A stretch of 64,000 nucleotides of DNA from Macrostomum lignano (lineage: Eukaryota), in assembly GCA_002269645.1 (NCBI GenBank), contig NIVC01000575.1:62001-126000 (forward strand). The letters are read 5' to 3'. The stretch's first letter is position 1; every line of letters begins with the position of its first letter. A program made the translations under genes and the position numbers. The notes beneath the pieces were generated by a model. It saw only the letters and a list, made by a program, of their open reading frames with translations, was not told the origin of the DNA and made no database searches. Below, one piece after another: positions 47,645-60,496 of this stretch.

Positions 47645-49180
47645 CTCTCTCTTCGTCACTCCTCACTCCGTGTCACTCCTCTCTTCGTGTCACTCCTCTC
47701 TCTGTGTCACTCCTCACTCCGTGTCACTCCTCACTCCGTGTCACTCCTCTCTCCTTGTCACTCCTCTCTCCTTGTCACTCCTCACTCCGTGTCACTCCTC
47801 ACTCCGTGTCACTCCTCTCTTCGTGTCACTCCTCACTCCGTGTCACTCCTCTCTTCGTGTCACTCCTCTCTTCGTGTCACTCCTCACTCCGTGTCACTCC
47901 TCTCTTCGTGTCACTCCTCACTCCGTGTCACTCCTCTCCGTGTCACTCCTCTCTTCGTGTCACTCCTCTCTTCGTGTCACTCCTCTCTTCGTGTCACTCC
48001 TCTCTTCGTGTCACTCCTCTCTCCGTGTCACTCCTCTCTCCGTGTCACTCCTCTCTTCGTGTCACTCCTCTCTTCGTGTCACTCCTCTCTTCGTGTCACT
48101 CCTCTCTTCGTGTCACTCCTCTCTTCGTGTCACTCCTCTCTTCGTGTCACTCCTCTCTTCGTGTCACTCCTCTCTCCGTGTCACTCCTCTCTTCGTGTCA
48201 CTCCTCTCTTCGTGTCACTCCTCTCTTCGTGCCACTCCTCTCTTCGTGTCACTCCTCTCTTCGTGTCACTCCTCTCTTCGTGTCACTCCTCTCTTCGTGT
48301 CACTCCTCTCTTCGTGTCACTCCTCTCTCCGTGTCACTCCTCTCTTCGTGTCACTCCTCTCTTCGTGTCACTCCTCTCTTCGTGTCACTCCTCTCTTCGT
48401 GTCACTCCTCTCTTCGTGTCACTCCTCTCTTCGTGTCACTCCTCTCTTCGTGTCACTCCTCTCTTCGTGTCACTCCTCTCTTCGTGTCACTCCTCTCTTC
48501 GTGTCACTCCTCTCTTCGTGTCACTCCTCTCTTCGTGTCACTCCTCTCTTCGTGTCACTCCTCTCTTCGTGTCACTCCTCTCTTTGTGTCACTCCTCTCT
48601 CCGTGTCACTCCCCACTCCTTGTCACTCCTCTCTCCGTGTCACTCCTCTCTTCGTGTCACTCCTCTCTTCGTGTCACTCCTCTCTCCGTGTCACTCCTCT
48701 CTTCGTGTCACTCCCCACTCCGTGTCACTCCTCTCTTCGTGTCACTCCTCTCTTCGTGTCACTCCTCTCTCCATGTCACTCCTCTCTTCGTGTCACTCCT
48801 CTCTCCGTGTCACTCCCCACTCCGTGTCACTCCCCACTCCTTGTCACTCCTCTCTCCGTGTCACTCCTCTCTTCGTGTCACTCCTCTCTTCGTGTCACTC
48901 CCCACTCCTCTCCTTGTCACTCCTCTCTTCGTGTCACTCCTCTCTTCGTGTCACTCCCCACTCCGTGTCACTCCTCTCTTCGTGTCACTCCTCTCTTCGT
49001 GTCACTCCTCTCTCCATGTCACTCCTCTCTTCGTGTCACTCCTCTCTCCGTGTCACTCCCCACTCCTTGTCACTCCTCTCTTCGTGTCACTCCTCTCTTC
49101 GTGTCACTCCTCTCTTCGTGTCACTCCTCTCTCCTTGTCACTCCTCTCTTCGTGTCACTCCACTCTCCTTGTCACTCCTC
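47645..49180. repeat. 17-bp satellite (TCACTCCTCTCTTCGTG)
   Basis: Visible; explains three 520-aa repeat ORFs. Confidence 0.97.
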
Positions 49181-49544
49181 TATTCTCTTTCTTATAATCT
49201 CTCATTTAGCATTTTATCGGTATCTCAGCATTCTCCGTTAGAAAGGTACCAACGTTTCTGTAAAGAAACATTGCAGTACTCAAGATTTCTCGAGTGATCA
49301 ATTCATCCTACGCTCGTACATGTACATCGAGTTTTCTACGAAAGCAAGAACGAGCTTGAATAAATAGCTGTATCTAATCCTGACAATGCACCTGCTCCAC
49401 TTAATGAAAGAGCTTCTGCATCTGTTTTTGCATTTTGCAAGCCTTCAAATTATGACATTCCTGACTTTCGCAAAGACCTCAATCAGATCGTATGGAATCA
49501 GCAAGCTAATCACAAGCATGGGCACAAGTTCCTTGCAAGGTCTT

Positions 49545-49752
49545 TCTCCCTCTCCTCTCCTCTTCTCCCTCTCCTCTCCTCTCCTCTTCTCCCTCTCCTC
49601 TCCTCTTCTCCCTCTCCTCTCCTCTTCTCCCTCTCCTCTCCTCTTCTCCCTCTCCTCTCCTCTTCTCCCTCTCCTCTCCTCTTCTCCCTCTCCTCTCCTC
49701 TTCTCCCTCTCCTCTCCTCTTCGCCCTCTCCTCTCCTCTTCTCCCTCTCCTC
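49545..49752. repeat. CT-rich polypyrimidine repeat
   Basis: Visible. Confidence 0.9.
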
Positions 49753-50269
49753 TTCACAAATCCCCTAGTGTGCCCCCGCTGTGTTTGATATCATCAGTAT
49801 TTTTAGTAGTCTTTCTTTTTTCCCCATTCTGTCCCCAGCTTCGAACAGCAACGAGTCTGCTTCATACAATTGATAACCAAAGCAAGTTCGAAATAGCATT
49901 CATTCACCTGTCTGTATCGATGGCCCAACCTGTGCCTGAACCCCAATCCCATTTCCCCCTTATCAAAAATCCCGACGCAGTGGGAATCTACATGAATCCT
50001 CAGACATGAATCCTCAGATAGGGATCGCAGTTGAGGATCAGCTATGAACCCAAGCTCCTCACCTGCTTGTCTACCAGCACTTTGCACTGCACCCACTGGC
50101 CCTATAAAAGTTAGCATTAATCGTAAAATTTGTGTCCCACTTCTGTAAGCCCAACTAAACAAGATCACGAATCAATAGATGACTCATTTACCCCGGACTG
50201 TAAAAAGTTTGCATTTCAAGTTACCCCGATAAGCTCTGCCATGGAGTTCGAGATAAAACATCTGGAGTG

Positions 50270-50905
50270 GATTGTGAATGTGTCTAGATTGTGATTTTTT
50301 ACAGATTGTGAATGTGTCTAGATTGTGAATGTGTCTAGATTGTGAATGTGTCTAGATTGTGAATATGTCTAGATTGTGAATGTGTCTAGATTGTGATTTT
50401 TTACAGATTGTGAATGTGTCTAGATTGTGAATGTGTCTAGATTGTGAATGTGTCTAGATTGGGAATGTGTCTAGATTGTGAATATGTCTAGATTGTGAAT
50501 GTGTCTAGATTGTGAATGTGTCTAGATTGTGAATGTGTCTAGATTGTGAATGTGTCTAGATTGTGAATGTGTCTAGATTTTGAATGTGTCTAGATTGTGA
50601 ATGTGTCTAGATTGTGAATGTGTCTAGATTGTGAATGTGTCTAGATTGTGAATGTGTCTAGATTGTGAATGTGTCTAGATTGTGAATGTGTCTAGATTGT
50701 GAATGTGTCTAGATTGTGAATGTGTCTAGATTGTGAATGTGTCTAGATTGTGAATGTGTCTAGATTGTGAATGTGTCTAGATTGTGAATGTGTCTAGATT
50801 GTGAATGTGTCTAGATTGTGAATGTGTCTAGATTGTGAATGTGTCTAGATTGTGAATGTGTCTAGATTGTGAATGTGTCTAGATTGTGAATGTGTCTAGA
50901 TTGTT
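50270..50905. repeat. 17-bp satellite (GATTGTGAATGTGTCTA)
   Basis: Visible, highly homogeneous. Confidence 0.97.
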
Positions 50906-51222
50906 TAAGATTGTTAGTTCAGTACAATTAATTCTCATTGATTTGGGAGAGATCCCCAGCTCAGACTACTTGGTCTGGTACTCTTTGGCCAGATAAAGCT
51001 GGCTACTATAACAATGCGCATACGGAACAGAAGTAGCTGGGAGCGGGAAATGACGTTGATTCTAAAAATAGAACACAAAAGACAATTCTCGAATTGGCCC
51101 AGAGCACTGGGAGCCAATCGGGCTGTCACAGTAGCGAACTGCGCTTTAAATATAGGGCGGCCAAGACACATGCAGCCAAAATGTATTAACTGCATTCCCA
51201 CGCTATTGACAGACTCTTGCAG

Positions 51223-51463
51223 CCCAAATGCACACGGCAGCAACTCAGAAGCGCGGAGGACTGGGCAAGCTGCTGCGACCGCTGAGCTGCTTCCGGAAGG
51301 AGTCAGACTCCGACTCGAACTCCGACTGCAGCAGCGGCAGCGGCAGCGGCAGGTGCGGCCGTGCGGTTGATCTGGCCTACACCGGCATGCGGGATGAGGA
51401 GCCGCACCTGCGGCAGCGACAGCGGCTGGGCCTGCGGCATGGCGGCGACCTGCCAGCTGATGC
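51223..51463 (+). CDS. RhoGEF gene, N-terminal exon (MHTAATQKRGGLGKLLRPLSCFRKE...)
   Basis: Acceptor CTCTTGCAG|, ATG at 51228, donor GC|GTGAGT in phase 2 matching the 55701 exon. Confidence 0.65.
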
Positions 51464-51579
51464 GTGAGTTTTGCAATATTTTTTAATTTGGGGAGCCCAC
51501 GATGAGATTGGGGAGTACAGGAGTGAGACTGGGCAGAAACGAGAGGAGGAAAGGGGAAGAAAGGAGGAGCGGAGCATTA

Positions 51580-54185
51580 GAGGTTCAGAGGAACAACCTG
51601 AGGAGATTCAGGGGAACAATCTGAGAAGATTCAGGGGAACAACCTGAGGAGATTCAGGGAAACAATCTGAGGAGATTCAGGGGAACAACCTGAGAAGATT
51701 CAGGGGAACAACCTGAGGAGATTCAGGGGAACAATCTGAGAAGATTCAGGGGAACAACCTGAGGAGATTCAGGGGAACAATCTGAGAAGATTCAGGGGAA
51801 CAACATGAGAAGATTCAGGGGAACAATCTGAGAAGATTCAGGGGAACAATCTGAGGAGATTCAGGGGAACAATCTGAGAAGATTCAGGGGAACAACCTGA
51901 GAAGATTCAGGGGAACAACCTGAGGAGATTTAGGGAACAACCTAAGGAGATTCAGGGGAACAATCTGAGGAGATTAAGGGGAACAACCTGAGGAGATTCA
52001 GAGGAACAACCTGAGGAGATTCAGGGAAACAATCTGAGATGAGTCAGGGGAACAACCTGAGGAGATTCAGGGAAACAATCTGAGGAGATTCAGGGGAACA
52101 ACCTGAGAAGATTCAGGGGAACAACCTGAGGAGATTCAGAGGAACAACCTGAGGAGATTCAGGGAAACAATCTGAGAAGAGTCAGGGGAACAACCTGAGA
52201 AGATTCAGGGGAACAACCTGAGGAGATTCAGGGAAACAATCTGAGAAGAGTCAGGGAAACAACCTGAGAAGATTCAGGGGAACAACCTGAGAAGATTCAG
52301 GGGAACAACCTGAGGAGATTCAGGGAAACAATCTGAGAAGAGTCAAGGGAACAACCTGAGAAGATTCAGGGGAACAACCTGAGGAGATTTAGGGAAACAA
52401 CCTGAGGAGATTCAGGGAAACAATCTGAGAAGATTCAGGGGAACAACCTGAGAAGATTCAGGGGAACAACCTGAGGAGATTCAGGGAAACAATCTGAGAA
52501 GAGTCAAGGGAACAACCTGAGAAGATTCAGGGGAACAACCTGAGGAGATTTAGGGAAACAACCTGAGGAGATTCAGGGAAACAATCTGAGAAGATTCAGG
52601 GGAACAACCTGAGAAGATTCAGGGGAACAACCTGAGGAGATTCAGGGGAACAACCTGAGGAGATTCAGGGGAACAACCTGAGAAGATTCAGGGGAACAAC
52701 CTGAGGAGATTTAGGGAAACAACCTGAGGAGATTCAGGGAAACAATCTGAGAAGATTCAGGGGAACAACCTGAGAAGATTCAGGGGAACAACCTGAGGAG
52801 ATTCAGGGAAACAATCTAAGAAGAGTCATAGGAACAACCTGAGAAGATTCAGGGGAACAACCTGAGAAGATTCAGGGGAACAACCTGAGAAGATTCAGGG
52901 GAACAACCTGAGGAGATTCAGGGAAACAATCTGAGAAGAGTCAGGGGAACAACCTGAGAAGATTCAGGGGAACAACCTGAGGAGATTTAGGGAAACAACC
53001 TGAGGAGATTCAGGGAAACAATCTTAGAAGATTCAGGGGAACAACCTGAGAAGATTCAGGGGAACAACCTGAGGAGATTCAGGGAAACAATCTGAGAAGA
53101 GTCATAGGAACAACCTGAGAAGATTCAGGGGAACAACCTGAGAAGAGTCAGGGGAACAACCTGAGAAGATTCAGGGGAACAACCTGAGGAGATTTAGGGA
53201 AACAACCTGAGGAGATTCAGGGAAACAATCTGAGAAGATTCAGGGGAACAACCTGAGAAGATTCAGGGGAACAACCTGAGGAGATTCAGGGAAACAATCT
53301 GAGAAGAGTCAGGGGAACAACCTGAGAAGATTCAGGGGAACAACCTGAGGAGATTTAGGGAAACAACCTGAGGAGATTCAGGGAAACAATCTGAGAAGAT
53401 TCAGGGGAACAACCTGAGAAGATTCAGGGGAACAACCTGAGGAGATTCAGGGGAACAACCTGAGGAGATTCAGGGGAACAACCTGAGAAGATTCAGGGGA
53501 ACAACCTGAGGAGATTTAGGGAAACAACCTGAGGAGATTCAGGGAAACAATCTGAGAAGATTCAGGGGAACAACCTGAGAAGATTCAGGGGAACAACCTG
53601 AGGAGATTCAGGGAAACAATCTGAGAAGAGTCAAGGGAACAACCTGAGAAGATTCAGGGGAACAACCTGAGAAGATTCAGGGGAACAACCTGAGAAGATT
53701 CAGGGGAACAACCTGAGGAGATTCAGGGAAACAATCTGAGAAGAGTCAGGGGAACAACCTGAGAAGATTCAGGGGAACAACCTGAGGAGATTTAGGGAAA
53801 CAACCTGAGGAGATTCAGGGAAACAATCTTAGAAGATTCAGGGGAACAACCTGAGAAGATTCAGGGGAACAACCTGAGGAGATTCAGGGAAACAATCTGA
53901 GAAGAGTCATAGGAACAACCTGAGAAGATTCAGGGGAACAACCTGAGAAGAGTCAGGGGAACAACCTGAGGAGATTCAGGGGAACAATCTGAGAAGATTC
54001 AGGGGAACAACCTGAGGAGATTCAGGGGAACAACCTGAGAAGATTCAGGGGAACAACCTGAGGAGATTCAGGGGAACAATCTGAGAAGATTCAGGGGAAC
54101 AACCTGAGGAGATTCAGGGAAACAATCTGAGAAGATTCAGGGGAACAACCTGAGAAGATTCAGGGGAACAGCCTGAGGAGACTGG
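51580..54185. repeat. 23-bp satellite (GAGGAGATTCAGGGGAACAACCT), 2.6 kb
   Basis: Visible; intronic. Confidence 0.97.
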
Positions 54186-54361
54186 AGAAGTGTACATGAA
54201 AAGATGCATTTAACATCAATGCTAGTATAAATGATAACTAAAAAAGCATGTAAGCCAACAAAAAGTGCTGTGACAAGCCGGTGTGCGTGAGAGTGCCGCA
54301 TGTAGCAAGAGCGTCGAGGTTCAACTTGACTTAGCATTGGACAAAATCTTTTGCGTTTGCT

Positions 54362-54403
<42 letters not shown>

Positions 54404-55344
54404 CGTGTTCCCACACTCCGTTATGCCCCTGTAGCGCTGTCCCGAGTCCGTGTGGGATCCATGCGGGATCCTCGCGGTCGGGCTCGGTGGCAACTGTCTA
54501 GAAATTCGAGACAGAAAGTATAAGAAGCAGATACGAAGAACTTCGCAGTTAAAAGAATCTTAGAACAGAAATGGGACGTTATTTTAGCGGTAGTGAATTT
54601 CGCAGCTTAAGGCGTGTGTGTACCCAAGCAGGCTAATCGCACAATAGTGACCCAGATAGAAACCCTTGCCTAACTGTCTGAACTAGTTCAAGTCGGATTA
54701 GCATATATAGTCAAGTTGGTTAATCAGAGCTAAACTGCGAGATATGTTAGACTGCGTTTATTGTTAGCGAATGGCTGCGCAGAGGCGGACGGGAACGTGG
54801 GAGTAAGAGAAAAGCCGAGAAGAGAGTCAAGGAGTCAAGGAGTTAAGTAAAGTTAAGAATAACTTAATGGAAGGAAATCATTTGGAATTACGTAATAAAC
54901 AAATCGAAAAAAGATAGCGAATAAGGGGGAGATTGAGAACAAGAGAGAGAGAGAGAGAGCGGAACAAAATGGGAGGAAGAGAGCGGAAGAACAGGTGGTG
55001 AAGAGAACGGAAGAACAGGTGGGGAAGAGAGCGGAAGAACAGGTGGGGAAGAGAGCGGAAGAACAGGTGGGGAAGAGAGCGGCAGAGTATTTAAAAACGT
55101 TTAAAGATTTCCAAACTCAGTAAATTTTTACATCCTTGAAACACTTTCACTTCGTCTTTTTGTTCCAAAAAATCATTTTTTATACATTGTCGTTCTCTGA
55201 CTCGGACATCACACTCCGGATATCGCAAAGCAAACCGTAGTTTTTCGGCCGGATTTTTCAACCTGCTTGTGACTTCCTGGGGGGAGACTGGAAGCACCCC
55301 GGAGAATGTAAAGCAGCTTGAGATATCCGGACCGGATACTTTAA

Positions 55345-55630
55345 GATGCTTGGAATATCTGGGGGGATCAGAAAGCACTTGCAATATCCGGGGGAGATCA
55401 GAAAGCACTTGCAATATCCGGGGGAGATCAGAAAGCACTTGCAATATTCGGGGGGAGATCAGAAAGCACTTGCAATATTCGGGGGGGAGATCAGAAAGCA
55501 CTCGCAATATCCGGGGGGAGATCAGAAAGCACTTGCAATATCCGGGGGGAGATCAGAAAGCACTTGCAATATCCGGGGGGAGATCAGAAAGCACTTGCAA
55601 TATCCGGGGGGGATATCAGAAAGCACTCGT
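55345..55630. repeat. About 30-bp minisatellite (ATCAGAAAGCACTTGCAATATCCGGGGGGAG)
   Basis: Visible. Confidence 0.9.
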
Positions 55631-55700
55631 ACTATCTGGGCGGACAACACAAGACACGGATATCCGAAAGTATAACACCGGCACCCGCAATCCCCCGCAG

Positions 55701-55968
55701 CGCGACGAGCGGCTGCCTGCTGCTCCGCCGGCGCCGGCAGCCTCAGCCAGATGAAGACGACAACGGCGAGGACCCCTACGGCCTGGCCGAGGGCTGGCGA
55801 TTCGTTCTGAGCGCGCCAGACTTGGACCGGCAGGCGCCGTTGAACCCTCCGACTCTGGATTCGGCTGAGCCGGCGGCGGCAGCGGCGGCTTTCGCCGTAC
55901 CAGCTTGCAGCGTGACCGTCGGGGACGAGTTTGGTGCCGGGCCAGGCGGCAGGACTGAGCAGCGAACG
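55701..55968 (+). CDS. RhoGEF gene exon (ATSGCLLLRRRRQPQPDEDD...GRTEQRT)
   Basis: Acceptor CCCCCGCAG|, donor |GTGAGC; phase 2/0 matches both neighbours. Confidence 0.7.
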
Positions 55969-56077
55969 GTGAGCCGGAGGGGGCACTGGAGAGGGCAGGG
56001 GGGTTAATGGTAGGCTTCGCTGGTTGTAAGATGACGCAACACTTCAAATATTTGGAAATTTTTACTATGTGGAGAAT

Positions 56078-56224
56078 TCAAATCACGTGACTAGCAAATC
56101 CAAATCACGTGACCAGATAATTCTAATCACGTGACTAGCGAATTCTAATCACGTGACCAGAGAATCCAAATCACATGACTAGCGAATTTTAATCACGTGA
56201 CCAGAAAAGTATAATCACGTGACT
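56078..56224. promoter_or_regulatory. Array of seven ATCAC(G/A)TGAC E-box motifs at exact 22-bp spacing
   Basis: CACGTG at 56084, 56106, 56128, 56150, 56194, 56216; CACATG at 56172. Confidence 0.45.
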
Positions 56225-56308
56225 AAATGAAGTACATATTAGTAGGCTTACCTTATCGGTAAGCAAAGAGAGCCAAATGCAACTTGCAATCCTTCTTCTC
56301 GCGTCCAG

Positions 56309-56499
56309 TTCTCGCTGGCTCGCAGCTGCCAGGGCGGCTTCGGCTTCACCCTGGTCGGGTCGCAGCCCACTCGGGTCGGCAAAGTGGACGCCGGGTCCGC
56401 CGCCGGCCTGGCTGGAATTCGCAGCGGCGACATCGTCGTGTCAATCAATGGCGACTCGGTGCTCAGCTGCTGCTGCGACCGGGTGGTGCGGGCCATCAG
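56309..56499 (+). CDS. RhoGEF gene PDZ-domain exon (absent from the ORF track)
   Basis: FSLARSCQGGFGFTLVGSQPTRVGKVDAGSAAGLAGIRSGDIVVSINGDSVL...VVRAI: GFGF loop and AG...GD.I..ING motifs; acceptor CGTCCAG|, donor AG|GTGAGC. Confidence 0.9.
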
Positions 56500-56524
56500 G
56501 TGAGCGGCTGGCCGACTGACAATG

Positions 56525-56690
56525 GGTTTTGGCTAGATTAGCAATCCATTCTATTCCTTCATCAATGATGTTGGCTAGATTAGCAATCCATTCTATTCCT
56601 TCATCAATGATGTTGGCTAGATTAGCAATCCATTCTATTCCTTCATCAATGATGTTGGCTAGATTAGCAATCCATTCTATTCCTTCATGC
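56525..56690. repeat. 42-bp tandem repeat, about 4 copies (TTGGCTAGATTAGCAATCCATTCTATTCCTTCATCAATGATG)
   Basis: Visible. Confidence 0.92.
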
Positions 56691-57419
56691 ATTCACTATG
56701 TTGGCTAAATTAGCAATTCATTCTTCCCTTAAGCTACACGAGTCAGAGAAAGTGGGTCACTGAGGAGACAAATTACAGCATTTTTTCTGGAGGATTTCTT
56801 TTAGTAGAAGAAGACTAACTTAGAATTTCAGTGCAAAAAGTGTGCGCAGCTGTTCAAACATCCAGGTGGGCTGGAGGGAGAGAAGGAGAAAGACTGCACA
56901 GCCTGTGTTTATGCATTTCTACATATCGTAAATCTTCAATCGGGAATCCGGACCGCTTCATCCTCAGCCTCCTCTCTCGCTCCATCAGAGTGAATAATGT
57001 GCTAAGAAAACTTACAACTGACTTTGCCAGTCAACAAGTGCTAGTTACTCCTCTTGCTGTCAATGCTAGATGTTTTCAAAACTGTTTTTAGCAGAGGCAC
57101 AGCCACCAACTGCTGCGGTGGAAATTGTGGAATTCTCCCCAAGGGTCTTTGTGTTTGGACAAAGACTGCCGGGGAACGCGAAGCTGCATGAATGTAGAGA
57201 ATTGCAGCTTTATTGAAGCCCATTGGGGTCCTCTTTCATCAGTGAGGCCTGCTACTGGCGGGTTAGTGATGCTGTGTGTGTGTGCTGGTTTAAAAAAGTC
57301 CCTTTTTGCATATATTTATTTTAAAGTATCTCGTCCCTAGCATTCCAGTGCTAGTCTTTGTTCTCCAACACTGTGTTTTACATTCTAAATAATGAATTGG
57401 TGGATTTGGGGTATAGGGA

Positions 57420-57650
57420 GATGAGATATTTGGGGAATGGGGAGATGGGAGATTTGGGGATGAGGAGATGGGAGATTTGGGGAATGGGGGAGATGGGAGA
57501 TTTGGGGATGAGGAGATGGGAGATTTGGGTAATGGGGGAGATGGGAGATTTGGGGATGAGGAGATGGGAGATTTGGGGAATGGGGGAGATGGGAGATTTG
57601 GGGATGAGGAGATGGGAGATTTGGGTAATGGGGGAGATGGGAGATTTGGG
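57420..57650. repeat. G-rich composite repeat (GGGAGATTTGGGGATGAGGAGAT)
   Basis: Visible. Confidence 0.9.
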
Positions 57651-58199
57651 GAATGAGCAGACTGGGTGAATGTTTATACGAGCGTATAATGGGGAGATGG
57701 GAGACTTGGTATAAGGGTAGAAGGGAGATGGGAAAGAGCTAGCTGTAGAAGGGGGAACTGGGGATGCTGCATTAGTGTCCCTGTGAATTTACCTGGCCCG
57801 TGAGAGAGCCGACACCTTGCAATTGTTTTCAATGTCTGATTTGCTTTGCCGGCAAGAGCACAAAGCAAGCGCAGTCCCCAGCCTCACTGCCTGAGGGTTG
57901 CAAACGATGGAGAAAAGTGTGACTGACGGAGGCGTGGCGAATTTCTTTTTCCCGGAGGCGAAATTTGGTACTCAAAAATTGCTCTTCGCTTTGACGAGCT
58001 CGGATAGGAGAAACAAAGGGAACACGCAACAAAGACTGAAGCCATCCGTGACCTTGGGAATGAGGGACCGTTTGATCCATGTTTTCTTATCTCTGTAGTT
58101 GTGCGGTTGCGACTGCTAAATCGAGGACAGGCAAACTTTTTTATCCCAAGGGCCGGGTGGAGAATCCATGCTCTTGGCTGCGGGTCAGGCGAGAGAGGA

Positions 58200-59000
58200 A
58201 AGGAGAGGGAATGGAAGAAAGAGGAGATGAGAGAAGAGAAGAGAGGGAAGAATAAAGGAAATAAGAGGGGAGAGGAGAGAGAGAAAAGGGAAGAAAAAAG
58301 AGGGAGAGGAGAGCTAGCAGAGGGGAGTGGAGAGAGAGAATAGAGAAGAAGGGAGAGAGGAGAGGAGAGGGAAGTGGGGAGAGAAGAGAGAAGAGAGAAG
58401 AGGGGAGAGAAGAGAGAAGACAGAAGAGGGGAGTGGAAAGGAGAGAGGAGAGGGGAGAGACTAGAGAAGAGAGAAGAAGGGAGAGAAGAGAGAAGACAAA
58501 AGAGGGGAGAGAAGAGAGAAGAGAGAGGAGAGGAAAGAAGAGAGAAGAGAGAAGAGGGGAGAGAAGAGAGATGAGGGGGAGAGAGGAAAGAAGAGAGAAG
58601 AGGGGAGAGAAGAGAGATGAGGGGAGAGAAGAGAGAAGAGGGGAGAGAGGAGAGATGAGGGGAGAGAAGAGAGAAGAGGGGAGAGAGGAGAGAAGAGGGG
58701 AGAGAAGAGGGGAGAGAGGAGAGATGAGGGGAGAGAAGAGAGAATAGGGGAGAGAGGAGAGAGGGGAGAGAAGAGGGGAGAGAGGAGAGATGAGGGGAGA
58801 GAAGAGAGAAGAGGGGAGAGAGGAGAGAAGAGGGGAGAGAAGAGGGGAGAGAGGAGAGATGAGGGGAGAGAAGAGAGAAGAGGGGAGAGAGGAGAGAAGA
58901 GGGGAGAGAAGAGGGGAGAGAGGAGAGATGAGGGGAGAGAAGAGAGAAGAGGGGAGAGAGGAGAGAAGAGAGAAGAGGGGAGAGAGGAGAGAAGAGAGCT
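58200..59000. repeat. GA-rich polypurine repeat
   Basis: Visible. Confidence 0.95.
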
Positions 59001-60164
59001 GAGGCGAGTCACACCTTGAGTGGGCATGGTTGCCATTGTGAATGTGAAGTTTGCCAACCCCTGGGGCTAAACCGACTCTAAGTTTTCTTCCGTTGTAGCT
59101 GAGGAACGATGATAAAAGTAGAAAGAGCTGAGTAGAAGCAGATCGGTGAGCAGATAGTCTATAAACTGAGAAGCCAATTCGGCAGAATTTCTCTCTCATC
59201 TCATCTGCTCATTTCGACTTGATGCCAGAACGGGCTACCCCAGTCTGATTCCACTGGTGGCCCGATGTGCCCCCTGACTTGAGTCAGTGAGACAGAAGAG
59301 TGCATAGAAAACATTCCACTCGAGCTCTTACAGGGCGGGCTGAGGAGCCGCCTCTTATCTCTCATTCGGAATTAAGTCAGGAAGAGGCAGGCAGGCAGGA
59401 CCGGCCTTCTCTCTTAACTGGCAACGTGGAAGATAAAAAATAGATTCTGTCTTGAGTAAGACTGCTTCCGCTTCTGCCCAACCCCACCCCCTTCTCACTC
59501 TGCTCATGTTCTTTCTTCTTTCGCTTTGGAGGCTCGGCTGCGTTTTTTCATTGCCCAACTACCAACCGCCAGTGCTTTGTCTGCGGGGGGGGCCTGAGCG
59601 CGACCTCGGGGGTTAACCTGCTCAGGTCACAGCGAGGTCTGCTTGAGCAGTCGGCTTTGTATTGAGATTATAAACACGTGCATATTATAAACACCTCAGC
59701 TGCTATTGCTGGCTTCTAGGAGAGAATTGTGTTGCCTCAGCGTTTCCTGCAGCCTTCTTGTCTAGCTGGGTCCCCCTCCATGATAGAAAGTCTCAGTCCA
59801 ACTGTTTCTAGTCTTTCTTCTTTTAAAAGCAGCTGCCCCGGTGCGTTTGTCCTCTGCGGGAGGGACGTGGACTTAGAAAGACAGGGGAGCTGAGGTGACT
59901 CAGACCTGAGCAGACTGTCTGTAGGCACCGCATTAGTCAGTGCATGCAGCATGAGTTATTGGCGCTATACATGTAGCTGAGGCTTAACAATAGATAGCGA
60001 AAGGTATTGTCAGTTGATAGAACAAATACCTGGAGTTAGACAGTGGAGATGCTTTCAAAGTGCTCCAACAGTGTGTTCAGTATGCTTAGCTGCTCTAGTA
60101 TAGCTCATTCATACAGCAGCCTTTTTTCTATTGAATAGTACATAGTATTTTATTAGCATTTAGG

Positions 60165-60415
60165 AGAGTGAGGAGAGGAGAGTGAGGAGAGGAGAGTGAG
60201 GAGAGGAGAGTGAGGAGAGGAGAGTGAGGAGAGGAGAGTGAGGAGAGGAGAGTGAGGAGAGGAGAGTGAGGAGAGGAGAGTGAGGAGAGGACAGTGAGGA
60301 TAGGACAGTGAGGAGAGGACAGTGAGGATAGGACAGTGAGGAGAGGAGAGTGAGGAGAGGACAGTGAGGAGAGGAGAGTGAGGAGAGGAGAGTGAGGAGA
60401 GGACAGTGAGGAGGG
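60165..60415. repeat. 14-bp repeat (GTGAGGAGAGGAGA)
   Basis: Visible. Confidence 0.95.
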
Positions 60416-60496
60416 ATGGTGAGGGTGGATCTCTGATTCAAAGAACCCACAAACCAGCATATTACGAGCTAGTAAATCTGATTTATTATTAAACAG

